Below are positions 30,787-32,000 of a stretch of DNA of 32,000 bases, piece after piece (the first letter of the stretch is position 1; each line of letters begins with the position of its first letter). Both the position numbers and the translations under genes were made by a program. The notes below the pieces were generated by a model that saw only the letters and a list, made by a program, of their open reading frames with translations, was not told the origin of the DNA and ran no database searches. Source of the stretch: Synechococcus sp. A15-28 (GTDB taxonomy: Bacteria; Cyanobacteriota; Cyanobacteriia; PCC-6307; Cyanobiaceae); contig NZ_CP047931.1 of the NCBI RefSeq assembly GCF_014280175.1, positions 750,001 to 782,000 of the forward strand. Reading direction: 5' to 3'.

Positions 30787-31113
30787 TCAGTTCAGGGCCT
30801 GGGCGTCGTAGAGCACGGCCAGGCAGAGGCTCAGGTCATCCTGCATGGCACTCAAGCGACCTTCAATTTCGATGTCTTCAGGGTTCAGCTGGGAGTAACG
30901 CGAGGTGACGTCGTTCCCGATGCTCATCAACATGCAAAGGGTCTGCAAATCGCCGGATTCGCTGGCCCGGTGCTGAGCTCCATCCAGCAGAACCCTCAAT
31001 AGCGCCATCTTGTTGTTGTAGGCCTCACGATCAGCAGCGTCCCAGGCCAGAACAGGCGTGGTCACCACCAGGCCGAGAAGCATCAGCATCAAACCAGGCA
31101 ACGCTCGCATCAC
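30787..31113 (-). CDS. Small secreted hypothetical protein
   Basis: Signal peptide MMRALPGLMLMLLGLVVTTPVLA, then WDAADREAYNNKMALLRVLLDGAQHRASESGDLQTLCMLMSIGNDVTSRYSQLN. Confidence 0.7.
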   Translation of the reverse strand: MMRALPGLMLMLLGLVVTTPVLAWDAADREAYNNKMALLRVLLDGAQHRASESGDLQTLCMLMSIGNDVTSRYSQLNPEDIEIEGRLSAMQDDLSLCLAVLYDAQALN

Positions 31114-31194
31114 CAGGCCTAAACGCCCCTGGAAATTAGAGGCCTTCTCGTGATGTGGCCATGAATCTGGGACAATCCCACCCTATCCGTACCA

Positions 31195-32000
31195 ATGCTG
31201 ATGATCCGATCCAGCCGTCAACTTCTGATCGGAGCCATCGCGGTGGTGACCGGTCTGTTGGGGGGGTGCGCATCCCTGGAGGAGGCCGGCAGCTCACGGT
31301 TGGATCTGGTGAAGCAAAGGGATGAGCTTCTCTGTGGTGTGAGCGGCAAGATTCCAGGCTTCAGCTTTCTCAGTGCAGAGGGCACCTACACCGGGCTCGA
31401 TGTCGACATCTGTCGGGCCATGGCCGCCGCCTTCCTTGGCGATGCGGACAAGGTGCAGTACCGACCGCTGACGGCGCCGGAGCGGTTCACGGCTCTGCGC
31501 TCCGGGGAAATTGATCTGCTGTCCCGTAACACCACCCACACCCTCAGCCGTGATGCGCAGGGTGGGAACGGTCTTGGCTTCGCTCCCGTGGTGTTTCATG
31601 ACGGCCAGGGATTGATCGTGCCGGCCGACAGCGGCGTGACGACCCTGTCTGATCTGAGCGGCAAGGCCATCTGCGTTGGTTCAGGCACCACCACTGAGCA
31701 GAACCTCAACGACGCCTTCGAGTCCAATGGTATCCCTTACACCCCGATCAAATACCAGGACCTCAATCAAGTGGTGGGTGGCTACCTGCAGGGGCGCTGT
31801 CAGGCCATGACCTCGGATCGCTCGCAGCTGGCCGCAGCCCGTTCCGGCTTCAACGCGCCTGAAGCTCACGTGATTCTTGAAGACCGTCTCAGCAAAGAGC
31901 CTCTGGCACCGGCGGTGGTCGGCGGGGATCAGCGGCTTGTTGATGCCATGACCTGGGTTGTGTACGCCCTGATCGAAGCGGAGGAGCGCGGCATCACCCA
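31195..32000 (+). CDS. Amino-acid ABC transporter substrate-binding (lipo)protein, partial at the window edge
   Basis: MLMIRSSRQLLIGAIAVVTGLLGGC (lipobox-like) ... RDELLCGVSGKIPGFSFLSAEGTYTGLDVDICRAMAAAFLGDADKVQYRPLTAPERFTALRSGEIDLLSRNTTHTLSRDA. Absent from the ORF track because it is open to base 32000. Confidence 0.9.
   Translation, partial: MLMIRSSRQLLIGAIAVVTGLLGGCASLEEAGSSRLDLVKQRDELLCGVSGKIPGFSFLSAEGTYTGLDVDICRAMAAAFLGDADKVQYRPLTAPERFTALRSGEIDLLSRNTTHTLSRDAQGGNGLGFAPVVFHDGQGLIVPADSGVTTLSDLSGKAICVGSGTTTEQNLNDAFESNGIPYTPIKYQDLNQVVGGYLQGRCQAMTSDRSQLAAARSGFNAPEAHVILEDRLSKEPLAPAVVGGDQRLVDAMTWVVYALIEAEERGIT

Noticed and set aside
30761-30804. Imperfect stem GCCCACGCCTGAA ... TTCAGGGCCTGGGC between SulP and the small secreted protein gene
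   Set aside because: Mismatched stem with a long loop and no T-tract; too weak to call a terminator.

Overview
The window looks like core chromosome of a high-GC marine picocyanobacterium (Synechococcus-like): chlH, high-light-inducible protein, CGLD27, and several cyanobacterial DUF families. It is densely packed and I found no mobile elements, CRISPR arrays, rRNA genes or defence genes. Confident calls: partial sensor kinase plus OmpR-type response regulator, EF-hand protein, DUF3038/DUF4335 pair, apt, FAD hydroxylase, hli, dapB, chlH, tpiA-folP-glycosyltransferase, ABC exporter, AGCS symporter, DUF3386 protein, carB, rsfS, CGLD27, asparaginase, tRNA-fMet, GMC oxidoreductase, long CbiX, FAD-binding protein, SulP transporter, and a partial amino-acid ABC binding protein. 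I see no clear new multi-gene system. The best leads are: (1) an unusually long (~390 bp) palindrome-rich intergenic region at 26482-26869 with a small cluster of DnaA-box-like sites; (2) a low-GC GlcNAc-transferase (Skp1-type) gene translationally coupled to folP; (3) an HLR1/RpaB-like site in front of hli; (4) a four-gene compact run of uncharacterised cyanobacterial genes (1794-3581). All motif, statistics and family statements were made by eye and need database or computational checks.
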